Below are positions 49,802 to 59,448 of a stretch of DNA of 64,000 nucleotides, one piece after another. A model generated the notes under the pieces. The model saw only the letters and a program-made list of their open reading frames with translations, did not search any database and was not told the origin of the DNA. A program made the position numbers and the translations under genes. Source of the stretch: Candidatus Bathyarchaeia archaeon (GTDB lineage: Archaea > Thermoproteota > Bathyarchaeia > Bathyarchaeales > Bathycorpusculaceae); NCBI GenBank assembly GCA_049516875.1, contig JBEKSS010000001.1:256001-320000 (forward strand), written 5' to 3'. Position 1 is the stretch's first letter, and every line of letters starts with the position of its first letter.

Positions 49802-50782
49802 TCACCTTTTATTGTAAAGCCAGCATGCAACCAAATGTGAATCAGAATCTCCAACAAATTGTGGTTTCTCTCTTTTGCAGACATCTGATGCATGATCGCA
49901 TCGTGGATGAAATCTGCATCCGGATGGTGGATCTAAATAATCAGGAACATGCCCTCTAATACCCTTTGAGAATCCACCTCCGGTAAGTTTCGGGCAAGAC
50001 TCTAGAAGCCCTCGAGTGTATGGATGTAAAGGATTTGAAAACAATTCCCCAGTTGCCGCGGTTTCGATCATATCTCCTGCGTACATAACACAGCCTCTAT
50101 CAGTTATGCCTCTTATAGTGCCGAGTGCATGCGAAATCAAAATCACTGAAAGATTTCTTTCACTCACAAGTTTGCTCATCAGATGTAACACTTGATCTTG
50201 AATTGTTACATCTAGATTTGTAGTAGGTTCATCAGCAATTAAGAGATCTCTTGCAGTGCCCAAGGACATTGCGATACAGATTCTTTGCTTCATTCCTCCG
50301 CTTAGCTGAAAAGGATAGCTATTAAGAACTCTCTCGGGATCTTGCAGGGCCACATCCTTGAGCAACTCTAGGGACTTTGCCTTTAAATCTTCATTCCTTA
50401 TATTCTTGCCTTCGATTATGCCTGAGTACTTGATTACGTTCGCGAGTTGATCTCCAGCAGTGAACACCGGGTTGAGAGCGGCTGTGGGATCTTGAAATAT
50501 CATAGTTATGTTTTTCCTCCTTATTTCGGTCAGTTCTTTTTCATTAATTTTGAGTATATCCTTTCCTTTGAAGGATATTTCGCCGCTTTCGACGATTGCG
50601 TTACTGGCAAGAACTCTGAGGATTGCTCTCATGGCAGTGGTTTTGCCAGATCCAGATTCCCCGATTATTCCAACTTTTTCCCCTTCATGAACCGTGAAGG
50701 ATAGTCCGTTCAGGACTTTCGATGATCCTTTATAGATCTTGTATCCTACTCTGAGATTGTTAACATCTAATAGCCGTTTCAT
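49802..50782 (-). CDS. Oligopeptide/dipeptide ABC transporter ATPase (DppD/OppD)
   Basis: GESGSGKT, LSGGMKQR, ADEPTT, GCRFHPRC. Confidence 0.92.
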   Translation of the reverse strand: MKRLLDVNNLRVGYKIYKGSSKVLNGLSFTVHEGEKVGIIGESGSGKTTAMRAILRVLASNAIVESGEISFKGKDILKINEKELTEIRRKNITMIFQDPTAALNPVFTAGDQLANVIKYSGIIEGKNIRNEDLKAKSLELLKDVALQDPERVLNSYPFQLSGGMKQRICIAMSLGTARDLLIADEPTTNLDVTIQDQVLHLMSKLVSERNLSVILISHALGTIRGITDRGCVMYAGDMIETAATGELFSNPLHPYTRGLLESCPKLTGGGFSKGIRGHVPDYLDPPSGCRFHPRCDHASDVCKREKPQFVGDSDSHLVACWLYNKR

Positions 50783-50786
50783 CGCA

Positions 50787-51686
50787 TTACCTGACCTCTT
50801 CCATGAAAATGTCTCGAATGCCATCTCCGAGCAGGTTGAATCCCAGAATTATCATGATGATTGCAATCGCTGGGAAAATCGTCAACCACCAGATTTCGGG
50901 CAAAAATCTTCCACCCGTGGCAACCATAGTGCCTAGGTCAGGCGTCGGGGGCTGAGCTCCTAATCCCACAAAACTCAATGCTGATCCGAGCAATATGACC
51001 CAACCGACATCCAGAGTGACCTTGGTCAGAATTGGACCCAGAGTATTAGGAAAGATTTCTCTGAATATAATGTAAAATGGACTAGCTCCGCTTATTCCCG
51101 CAGCTTGAACGAAATACTCGTTTCTCAGCGATGACGAAATACTATACGTCAGTCGAGCGTACCAAGGCCACCATATTAGACAGATGGCCAGCATTGCGTT
51201 GAGAAGACTCGGGCTCAGAACTGCTGTGACCGCCAATGCCAACACCAATGCAGGAACAGCAATGAATATGTCCGCTACTCTCATCACCAGGCTGTCAACC
51301 CATGATCCTCGATAATATCCAGCGGTTAGTCCTAGGGCTACCCCCGGCAAAACTGACACCCCCAAGACTACGGCAGCCATAAGCAGAGAATACTGAAACC
51401 CAAAGACGGTTCTGGTGAATACGTCTCTGCCTACATCATCCGTGCCAAACAGATGTGCAAGGCTTGGAGGTTGAAGGGCCTCTTTAAAATTCGTGTTGAA
51501 ACCTGTATCTTGTGGGTAAGGCGTTATGTAAGGAGCAGACAAAGCTAAGAATAGTGCAACTCCAACGATTACTAATCCCACTATTGACAATGGGTTCCTA
51601 GTGAATCTGAACCATCTCCTTCTGGCAAGATCTATGTCAATGAACTCCCCGATTTTCTTATAGATATTGCCAGCTAATCTAATCAC
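50787..51686 (-). CDS. Peptide ABC transporter permease (DppC/OppC)
   Basis: PPS..HLFGTDDVGRD, LSFVGLG, GFNLLGDG. Confidence 0.92.
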   Translation of the reverse strand: MIRLAGNIYKKIGEFIDIDLARRRWFRFTRNPLSIVGLVIVGVALFLALSAPYITPYPQDTGFNTNFKEALQPPSLAHLFGTDDVGRDVFTRTVFGFQYSLLMAAVVLGVSVLPGVALGLTAGYYRGSWVDSLVMRVADIFIAVPALVLALAVTAVLSPSLLNAMLAICLIWWPWYARLTYSISSSLRNEYFVQAAGISGASPFYIIFREIFPNTLGPILTKVTLDVGWVILLGSALSFVGLGAQPPTPDLGTMVATGGRFLPEIWWLTIFPAIAIIMIILGFNLLGDGIRDIFMEEVR

Positions 51687-52704
51687 CTCTCTCCATCAAC
51701 CTAATCCTAGGATCCACATAGCCAACTATGATGTCGGCGAGTATGTTTGCTATGGTAAATATTATCCCTACTACCAAGACCACCGCAACTATACCATTAA
51801 GGTCTTTAGCTAACATAACTGTGATGCCATACTTGGAAAAACCTGGATAGTTGAATATCCTCTCAACCAAAAATGCATTTGCCAATATCGAAGCGATATC
51901 CATCCCCATCACTGTGATTGCAGGTATGATAGATGGTTTAAGCAGATACCTAAATCTTATCAGATTGGTAGGCATGCCCTTTGAAACCGCCATCGTTATA
52001 TAATCCTTGCTTTGGTTCTCAACCATACCAGATCGTATGATTCTTGCATCCTGCAGCATTCCACCTGCACACACAGCAAAAGCCGGCAGGACCAAGTGCC
52101 ACCCAAGGTTTCCTAATGCATCGAGTCTCCCTGTTATTAGTGAATCTATCGAGATAAAGCCAGTTATTCTCTGAGGAGACAAAACATCTGTGCTGAGTCT
52201 CCCAAAAGTTGGGAATATTGGTATATACCAAGTAAAAACCAGCTGAAGTACTATTGCCAACACAAATGAGGGAATTGCTATCCCTACGTAAGAGATTATC
52301 CTCAGAATGGTGTCTGGCCATTTGTTTGAATAGGATCCTCCTATAATACCAAGTGTAAAAGCCCCAACCACCTCAAAGATTGCCGCTAGAAATACCAATT
52401 CTAGAGAGGCAGGGAGGAATTCAAGCACATCGGCAGATACATTGCGCTGAGAATATAGTGAGTACCCCAAATCTCCATGAAATAGATTAAATAGCCAGCT
52501 GAAGTACTGCTCATATAGCGGTTTGTTGAGCCCTAGCTGCTGCCTGATTTGCTCAACAACCCAGCCTGGCGCTCTAGGTCCAGCCGCCATTCTGGCCGGA
52601 TCGCCTGGTAAGACTCTCGCAATAATGAATACAAGAATTGACAGGCCGAATAACGTGAGAATGGCGTAGGCGGTCCTCCTCAAAACAAAAGTGGAAGTTT
52701 TCAT
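51679..52704 (-). CDS. Peptide ABC transporter permease (DppB/OppB)
   Basis: PGDP, GLNKPL..QY, GDLG.S, VDPRIR. Confidence 0.92.
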   Translation of the reverse strand: MKTSTFVLRRTAYAILTLFGLSILVFIIARVLPGDPARMAAGPRAPGWVVEQIRQQLGLNKPLYEQYFSWLFNLFHGDLGYSLYSQRNVSADVLEFLPASLELVFLAAIFEVVGAFTLGIIGGSYSNKWPDTILRIISYVGIAIPSFVLAIVLQLVFTWYIPIFPTFGRLSTDVLSPQRITGFISIDSLITGRLDALGNLGWHLVLPAFAVCAGGMLQDARIIRSGMVENQSKDYITMAVSKGMPTNLIRFRYLLKPSIIPAITVMGMDIASILANAFLVERIFNYPGFSKYGITVMLAKDLNGIVAVVLVVGIIFTIANILADIIVGYVDPRIRLMERGD

Positions 52705-52846
52705 CGCACCTTCCCTATGCACAAACGATTGCTGACGGATATATAAGTATTACCAACAAGCATCCCAGTTGGTTTCGTCACTGTGCAGTCTCAGCGCTTT
52801 TCAAATGTGAAGTAGCCCCGATGTGAAAACAAAGAAAAAAAGATTG

Positions 52847-54505
52847 TTAATGAGGAAGAATGCCGATATTCCTCACATCAAAGTCGTAGCCCATTCCAGG
52901 AATATGAACCCCGTGTGCAATTGGCCAGTCCACGTAAGTTTGGTATGCGTGTTTGGTATTCATTTCGAATGTGAATATCGTCGGACACAAACCCACAATA
53001 TAACTTTGAATGGCAGCATACTTGGCAAACCTTTCCGTTCTGTTCAGGGTTGAAACAGCATCCTTCATCTGGGCATCAAGCGTGGCATTTTTGAGCCACT
53101 CGTTCTGTTCCCACGTTCCAGCAGAGTTCGATGAATATTTTGATTCAAGAATCGAGCCCGCTTCAGAATAAGACGCAGCCACAGATACGGATTCTATGTG
53201 AGGAGCTGTGTCCACGCTTGCCGTCTCTTGGACAATCGAATTCCACGGCGTCGCAGTCAGTTGTGCTTTCAGTCCTATCTCTTGCAAGCCTTGAGCGAAG
53301 GACAAAGCAATTTTCTCCTCAAACGTTGCATCAGAAGGCCAGTGTATGGTGATTGCATAATTATCAGGGTTGTTGATAATATCCGGATAGTACTTCGACA
53401 GTTTAAGCTCTTCTCGTGCCGCACTGTAATTTAGCGTGTATTGGAAGACATTAGTCCAGCCTGGCAATGTGCTCGGCACGGGACCATCTGACACTGGCCC
53501 ACGATTTTTCATTATTGTGCTTGCCACTGTTTGATAATCGAAAGCATATGCTAAGGCCTTTCTCACGTGGATGTCGTCAAGAGGCGGTTTCTGGGTGTTC
53601 ATCATATAGTAGAGCGGACTATCGCCAGGCACCGTAGTAATGTTGATGCCGGAATTCGTAGCCATGCTAGCGTACCACTCCTCATCCAACCAGCCGAATG
53701 ATATATCCAATTGCCCCTGCAACATTTGGGTCTTCTCCAATGTAGGGTCATTAGCGGTGTAGTATACCACTATATCAGGTGAATTGCTCTTCGTAGTTCC
53801 CCAATAAGCAGAGTACTTTTCGAACGTATAATCTCCCCCTAGCACAATGTTTTTGACCTCTAGGGGACCAGAGCCGGCATCATGGGTCAGCAACCATTCC
53901 CTTCCATAGTCTCCAAAATCGCCATACGAGCCAGGGAATTTTAAATGTGCCATGACTTCCTCATGGTCAACTATGAATAATCTGACAAGTGCGATTAAGA
54001 AAGGCCCAAACGGTTTTGTGAGGTTCACCTGTACTGTATAATTAGCAATTGCGATTGCGCTGTCGTAGTAAGGAGAGAATATGTAGCCATAGCCTTCGCC
54101 AATTGTGACCAACCTCCTCATGCTGAAGGCTACATCTTCAGCTGTCAGTTCTCGCCCAGTATGGAATTTTATGCCTTGTTTAATATTGAAGGTCCAACTC
54201 AAACCATCAGGCGAGGAAGTCCAGTTCTCCGCCACCCAAGGCTTTACGTCCCCTGTCGTAGTGGGGTATACAAGCGGATCGTACAGGTTGATTTCTGCTG
54301 CAGAGCTTGAGAAGTCCGTGCCAACACCAGGGTCGCAAATCGTGTAACCCCCCCAACCAATCCTCAGGTAGGTAGAAGTACCTGTCTGTGAAGACGGTCG
54401 AAATGCTACGTAGTATCCAGCCGCTACCGCTGCTACAACCACGATGACCGCAATTATGATTGCTTGCATTTTTGTTATAGCTGACTTCGATGAAATTGTT
54501 CTCAA
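52847..54505 (-). CDS. Peptide ABC transporter substrate-binding protein (family 5)
   Basis: Archaeal class-III-like signal (SAITKMQAII) plus TM; LTAEDVAFS, GSGP, PPLDDIHVRKA. Confidence 0.92.
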   Translation of the reverse strand: MRTISSKSAITKMQAIIIAVIVVVAAVAAGYYVAFRPSSQTGTSTYLRIGWGGYTICDPGVGTDFSSSAAEINLYDPLVYPTTTGDVKPWVAENWTSSPDGLSWTFNIKQGIKFHTGRELTAEDVAFSMRRLVTIGEGYGYIFSPYYDSAIAIANYTVQVNLTKPFGPFLIALVRLFIVDHEEVMAHLKFPGSYGDFGDYGREWLLTHDAGSGPLEVKNIVLGGDYTFEKYSAYWGTTKSNSPDIVVYYTANDPTLEKTQMLQGQLDISFGWLDEEWYASMATNSGINITTVPGDSPLYYMMNTQKPPLDDIHVRKALAYAFDYQTVASTIMKNRGPVSDGPVPSTLPGWTNVFQYTLNYSAAREELKLSKYYPDIINNPDNYAITIHWPSDATFEEKIALSFAQGLQEIGLKAQLTATPWNSIVQETASVDTAPHIESVSVAASYSEAGSILESKYSSNSAGTWEQNEWLKNATLDAQMKDAVSTLNRTERFAKYAAIQSYIVGLCPTIFTFEMNTKHAYQTYVDWPIAHGVHIPGMGYDFDVRNIGILPH

Positions 54506-54652
54506 TATATCCCTCTTTTTATATCAATTCTAGCTTATACTACGAAAGAGCTGAATATTTATATTTTTCGGGTCGAACGGGCGCGGCACTAGTTCGAAGA
54601 ACCCGGAAAAGTTAATATGACTGATTCTCTTATCAAATAAAAAGGATTTCCG

Positions 54653-55693
54653 ATGATTGAAAAACAGAAGATAGTGAAAGGGGTCGTGAACATTCTGGAG
54701 GTGAACATGGGACTGCGAAGTGCTGAAAAAGTACTCATAGTCACAGATGTTCCGACTGCTGATGAATGGGCGAGGTATGACTTTGAAAAACTCACAGATT
54801 TTGTTGAAAGATCCATTTTGGCAAAAGCTGTGAGCGAGGTAGCGCGCGAAAATTTCCCAGATTGTTCAGTAGAATTCTACGCCTATCCCTCCATTGGAAG
54901 ACATGGAGCCGAGCTTGGGAAGGAAATTGAAGGAAGAATGAAAGCTGCGTCAGTCGTACTGGCAATAACCACCTACTCGCTGAGTCATACTGAGACGCGC
55001 GAAAACGCAACCAAGGCGGGGGTCAGAATAGCAAGCATGCCGATGTTCTTGGCAGACATGCTGTATCCAGGAGGTCCTATGACACCCGACTATGACAAAA
55101 TAGAGATAGAGACTGAAAAAATCGCTGCTGCGGTAAGGGAATCTGAAGAAGCAATGGTGACGTCTCCGGGAGGAACAAATATGAAGTTTGGCGTTAAAGG
55201 CAGAAAAGTCATTCCGGAAGCAGGAAACTTCCGCGAAAAAGGCGCCTGGGGCAATTTGCCGGCAGGCGAAGCTGCCTGTGCCCCAATTGAAGGGACAGGA
55301 GAAGGCAAACTCGTTGTTGAAGTAGATTGGTTCTCCAATTTGAAGGAAGACATGACTTTTGTCTTCAAGAATGGACTAGTGGTTGAAATAATCGGCGGTG
55401 GAAAAGTCGGGGACGAGTTCAGAACCTTATTGGCGCCTAAGAAGAATGAAGAACCCTACGTTTCAAGAAGGAATCTTGCAGAACTAGGGATTGGAACTAA
55501 TCCGAACGCGAAAAGACCTGAAAATACTCTTGAGGCTGAAAAAATCAAGGGAACAGTTCACTTGGCAATAGGTAACAGCTTCCATATAGGAGGGAAAGTT
55601 CCTGCTGACTTGCATCAAGACTTCATAATTCCTCGGCCAACATTGCTACTAGATGGAAAAGCCGTAATCAAAGATGGAAAGCTACTCATATAG
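54653..55693 (+). CDS. Peptidase M29 (AmpT/AmpS-like) aminopeptidase
   Basis: NLPAGE, AELGIGTN, EAEK..GTVHLAIG, LHQD canonical ligand set. Confidence 0.88.
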   Translation: MIEKQKIVKGVVNILEVNMGLRSAEKVLIVTDVPTADEWARYDFEKLTDFVERSILAKAVSEVARENFPDCSVEFYAYPSIGRHGAELGKEIEGRMKAASVVLAITTYSLSHTETRENATKAGVRIASMPMFLADMLYPGGPMTPDYDKIEIETEKIAAAVRESEEAMVTSPGGTNMKFGVKGRKVIPEAGNFREKGAWGNLPAGEAACAPIEGTGEGKLVVEVDWFSNLKEDMTFVFKNGLVVEIIGGGKVGDEFRTLLAPKKNEEPYVSRRNLAELGIGTNPNAKRPENTLEAEKIKGTVHLAIGNSFHIGGKVPADLHQDFIIPRPTLLLDGKAVIKDGKLLI

Positions 55694-55744
55694 ACCAGAC
55701 AAGAGATTCTCAGCACCCCACATCAGGATTAGTTGGCTTCCTCT

Positions 55745-55774
55745 TACTAACCATGTAACTACTAACCATGTAAC
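55745..55774 (+). repeat. Perfect 15-bp tandem duplication TACTAACCATGTAAC x2
   Basis: Seen directly at 55745-55759 and 55760-55774. Confidence 0.9.
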
Positions 55775-55842
55775 CCTGCAAGCCTGATATTTTATCAGCA
55801 TTTGGAAGCTTTGCTAGCGGTTTTCGGTTCAATTTCCTTTTC

Positions 55843-56515
55843 TCATTCTAAGATTATTCGCGCATCGACTGCCTTTGTTCCTCTCATTTAAGCCAGTATC
55901 GGGTTCAAGTCAATTCCGCCTATTCGTGAGTGTTTGATGATGAGTCTTGAGACGCTGATCATGATTTTGATTATCGCCGCGATGCGCGCGCAGCCAGAGC
56001 ATTTCTGTATCCCTTTTACAGGGGTATGCTTTTACCTCGCTAATCATGTCAATGGCCTCATGCACAGCTATAGAAGCGATTCTGCGTGTAACACCCTTAA
56101 GGCTCTACGAATATTCCTCCGAGGCCAAACACCAATATTGGACCATACTGAGAGTCTTTATTGGCACCTACGATTACCTAAGTTGATGGAGGTGCCATCT
56201 CTTCGACTAAAAAGCCCCAATTCTTGCATCCCCTTTTTTTCTTTTGACGTTTTCCAGAATCTTTCTGTAGGCATTCTCGACTTCTTTTGTGCTCTTGAGG
56301 TTCACTATTACACCACCGACTTCCGATTTGTGCACTATGTCTAGAGAGGTGATCTTCAAAACCACGGCATAACCATGTTGTCAGCGAAGCTCATCGCTTC
56401 AGCCCCGTTCTTGGCGAGTTCGAACCTGATGACTAGAATTCCATACCCCAAACAAACAGTCTTGGCCTCAGTTTCCAAAAGAGATTTTTGATTTTCTAAG
56501 CCGACCTTTAGCGGC
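55843..56515 (-). pseudogene. acdB: ADP-forming acetyl-CoA synthetase beta subunit pseudogene
   Basis: Manual minus-strand translation across frameshifts and stops: LLETEAK...VVLKITS.DIVHKSEVGGV...GPILVFGLGGIFVE...KGYRN...IDLNPI...AVDARIILE*. Confidence 0.85.
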
Positions 56516-56869
56516 GATTCCGATCCTCTGCTTAAGGATGAAAACTCCTACCAAATTCAGAGATACGGTATATCTCAGCTTAAATCCACTTTGGAAAAGT
56601 CAATCTGCTCTGCTTTCCATTGTTGCCACTGGATTCAAACGAGCTAAAAAACTGTGGATGGGGCGCCAGTGCATACTGAATTCAACTTCTTTTGGAAAAA
56701 GCACGCTGCGGTAGGTCGATAAAAGTCTAAAACGCTCATTTCGTATTCATCACCAACATAAAAGAGGTTCATTCATGAATATAACAGTAACAGCAAGGAT
56801 GCAATCACAAAGGATATTATATCGGTCGAGGCGCGCGCGCAGCTCAAGGCTACATTTCCCTATGGCCGC

Positions 56870-57895
56870 CTAGGGTTTGAGCACAACTCTAATGGGATTC
56901 CCGATCTGCTTCTCCAAGATATCGAGTCCCTGGTTGACCTCTTCCAAAGTAACTGTTTGTGATATCACCCTCTTGACATCCAATCGCCCATGCATAATCA
57001 TGTCTATTAGCGCAGGATATTCCGAGTGTGCGACAAATCCCTGTACTCCGATTATCTCCATCTCTTTTGCAGTCATATCTCTCATTGGAAGATTCGCCTT
57101 CTGTGTTCCAACGCCTGCCAAAACAACTCTTCCCCCTCTTCTAACGCTTGCAATGGCTTGCTCAAAGGTTGCTGGCAGTCCGACGAATTCCAATGCGATG
57201 TCTGCACCAGTTCCATTTGTTATCTGTAGTATTCTCTGAACAGGATCCTCCACTTCTGAATTAACTGTTTCTTCAGCACCGAATTCCATAGCTACCTGTA
57301 GCTTCTTATCCAGAATATCTACAGCTACAACTCGAGCCCCGCTTAGCCTACAGAGCTGAACGGCATTCATTCCCAAACCCCCTACTCCAAAAATGGCCAC
57401 CGTGCTGCCAAACGTTACTCTTGCGAGCTTAATAGCATGAAACGGAGTAGCTAAGGCATCGGTTAGTATCGCTGCTTCTCCATAGGACAACGAATTCGGT
57501 ATCTTGTACAGGTTCTTAGAAGGCACTGCGACATATTCTGCATATCCACCATCAATTTGTATGCCCAGCTCAACTTTACGTTGGCAGATATTGTCTTTTC
57601 CTGAAGCACAGTAATAGCATTCTCCACAAGAAATTATACCTGAAACTAGAACTCTGTCCCCTTTTCCAAATTCTTCGATTTCGGTTCCGATATCTGCGAT
57701 TCGCCCTGAAATCTCATGTCCAAGAATCAATGGAGTCTTCGGGACTCTTATCGCGCCTTTGATGATGTGAAGATCTGAGTGGCATATACCGCATGCCTTC
57801 ACTTTGACTAGAGCCCATTTTTCCCTTATCTTGGGCAAAGGAACTTCTTCTATCCGTAGAGGTTTGTTCGGTTCATAAAAACGTGCAGCTTTCAC
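56870..57895 (-). CDS. Zn-dependent alcohol dehydrogenase (MDR family)
   Basis: GICHSD, GHE, CGECYYC..C, GVGGLG. Confidence 0.92.
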   Translation of the reverse strand: MKAARFYEPNKPLRIEEVPLPKIREKWALVKVKACGICHSDLHIIKGAIRVPKTPLILGHEISGRIADIGTEIEEFGKGDRVLVSGIISCGECYYCASGKDNICQRKVELGIQIDGGYAEYVAVPSKNLYKIPNSLSYGEAAILTDALATPFHAIKLARVTFGSTVAIFGVGGLGMNAVQLCRLSGARVVAVDILDKKLQVAMEFGAEETVNSEVEDPVQRILQITNGTGADIALEFVGLPATFEQAIASVRRGGRVVLAGVGTQKANLPMRDMTAKEMEIIGVQGFVAHSEYPALIDMIMHGRLDVKRVISQTVTLEEVNQGLDILEKQIGNPIRVVLKP

Positions 57896-59023
57896 CTATT
57901 TCTGCTCCCATTTTGGTCTTGGGAAAATCGGTTTCTTTGACGCAATATCCTTAGGCCAAACCGTGACAAATTGGCCTTCCTGAACCTGGACAATTACACA
58001 CCGAGCCATTGAGTTTTGTCCAGTTGCCGGATCAATCTTTACCCTACCAGCGATAGTCATCATATCAGTTCTTGAAAGAGCTTCACGTATTTCTTCGGGT
58101 TTTGTGGAACCTGCCTTTTCGATACCATTCAATAACACTTGAGAAGCTTGAAAGCAAGAACCAGGATGCTCGATTGGATATTCGCCGTATTTTTGGAAGT
58201 ATCTTTCTGTCAATTCTTTTGATCCTGGTGTCATCATGTCATGACACCAAAAGGCTACGCTAGCAAAATATTCGCTATCCTCTCGAGCATTCTTAAGGAA
58301 TTCAGGAATTGCATGCCCTGCTCCCATACCCACAAACGAGCGAAAATTGTAGTTCTGCTCGCGGATCTGACGTGCAATTAATACTGCGTCATCGACATAG
58401 GATGCAGCCACGATAATATCAGGATCTGCATCTTTCATTTGCTGTATTATGGGGCTGAAGTCTCTTATGTCCTGACCATAAGGTGCCTTGAGGACAGTCT
58501 TCAATCTTAGCTGCTTTGCACGTTTTTCAACCTCGGTCACAAGCATTCTACCTATTAGAAGGTCAATGTAAACTATACCTAGTGTTTTCGCTTTGAGTTC
58601 TTGTATAGCGAAGTCTAGTGCCGTCGTACAGTAAATCGTATTGGTGGCGCTAGCCCTGAAAACATAATGAAATCCGCGCTGAGTCAACTCATCTGCTGTT
58701 GCATCACTTACAACAAATGGAATATGGTACTCGTTAGCTACACTCGCTGCGGGTATTGTGAGCGAACTCGCGTAGCAACCTGTTATAATTGGAACCTTCT
58801 CTTTTTTTATGAGTTGCTCACATTCAACAACTGCGTTCTCAGGTTTGTCACTGCAGTCCACGTATTCGTATGATACCTTTGCATTCCCGAGGGACTTTAT
58901 TCCACCATTTTCGTTAACCATCTCAACCGCAATTTCGTGTCCTCTTCTGCACCTTTCAGCGATTTCAGACATGGAACCGCTCAAAGGCAGGACGCAACCG
59001 ACTTTGACTTCCTTTTCTACCAA
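57896..59023 (-). CDS. LivJ/AmiC-type periplasmic-binding-fold protein without signal peptide
   Basis: VKVGCVLPLSG, VNENGGI, G.YASS, YVFR, VWP; no N-terminal TM. Confidence 0.85.
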   Translation of the reverse strand: MVEKEVKVGCVLPLSGSMSEIAERCRRGHEIAVEMVNENGGIKSLGNAKVSYEYVDCSDKPENAVVECEQLIKKEKVPIITGCYASSLTIPAASVANEYHIPFVVSDATADELTQRGFHYVFRASATNTIYCTTALDFAIQELKAKTLGIVYIDLLIGRMLVTEVEKRAKQLRLKTVLKAPYGQDIRDFSPIIQQMKDADPDIIVAASYVDDAVLIARQIREQNYNFRSFVGMGAGHAIPEFLKNAREDSEYFASVAFWCHDMMTPGSKELTERYFQKYGEYPIEHPGSCFQASQVLLNGIEKAGSTKPEEIREALSRTDMMTIAGRVKIDPATGQNSMARCVIVQVQEGQFVTVWPKDIASKKPIFPRPKWEQK

Positions 59024-59164
59024 TCTTGTACACGCTCTGAGCCTACGCCCTGAAGTCTACCTAGTTTGAATAAGCTAAGAAGTCAGTTGCCTATTAAATA
59101 TTACCTAGTTAGTATAAACCGAGTTGCTTCGAAACAGCAGTGAATCGGCTCGCAATCTTGTTTT

Positions 59165-59425
59165 CGGATATCGTCGAATACTCTTTCAACTATGTTCAAG
59201 GCTTTCACAATTCTATCTTTTTAATCCTTAGGCCGTAAACATTTTGACGGTGCTCTCGTTCTTTGTCAGTACAAGCAAGCCCTTTTCTTTCAGTTTTGAG
59301 GCGAACTGGCTCGAAGAAACGCCTAAGCCTTTCAAATCTGCACAGATGATGTTTCTTTGAACGTTTTCGTAAGTCAATGGAAATTCTGTTCATTCTGCTC
59401 AATTTTCGAGTCGAGAGTCGAGCGT
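59165..59425 (-). pseudogene. C-terminal remnant of a low-specificity L-threonine aldolase (LtaE/GLY1-like)
   Basis: Manual translation with frameshifts: AR..RKLSRMNRISIDL/ENVQRNII CADLKGLGVSSSQFASKLKEKGLLVLTKNESTVKMFT...KALNIVERVF. Confidence 0.65.
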
Positions 59426-59448
59426 GCGCACAGCCTTAGCGCGCGCGC

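Noticed and set aside
55934-56344. 136-aa plus-strand ORF
   Set aside because: Antisense to the acdB pseudogene, which explains the region.
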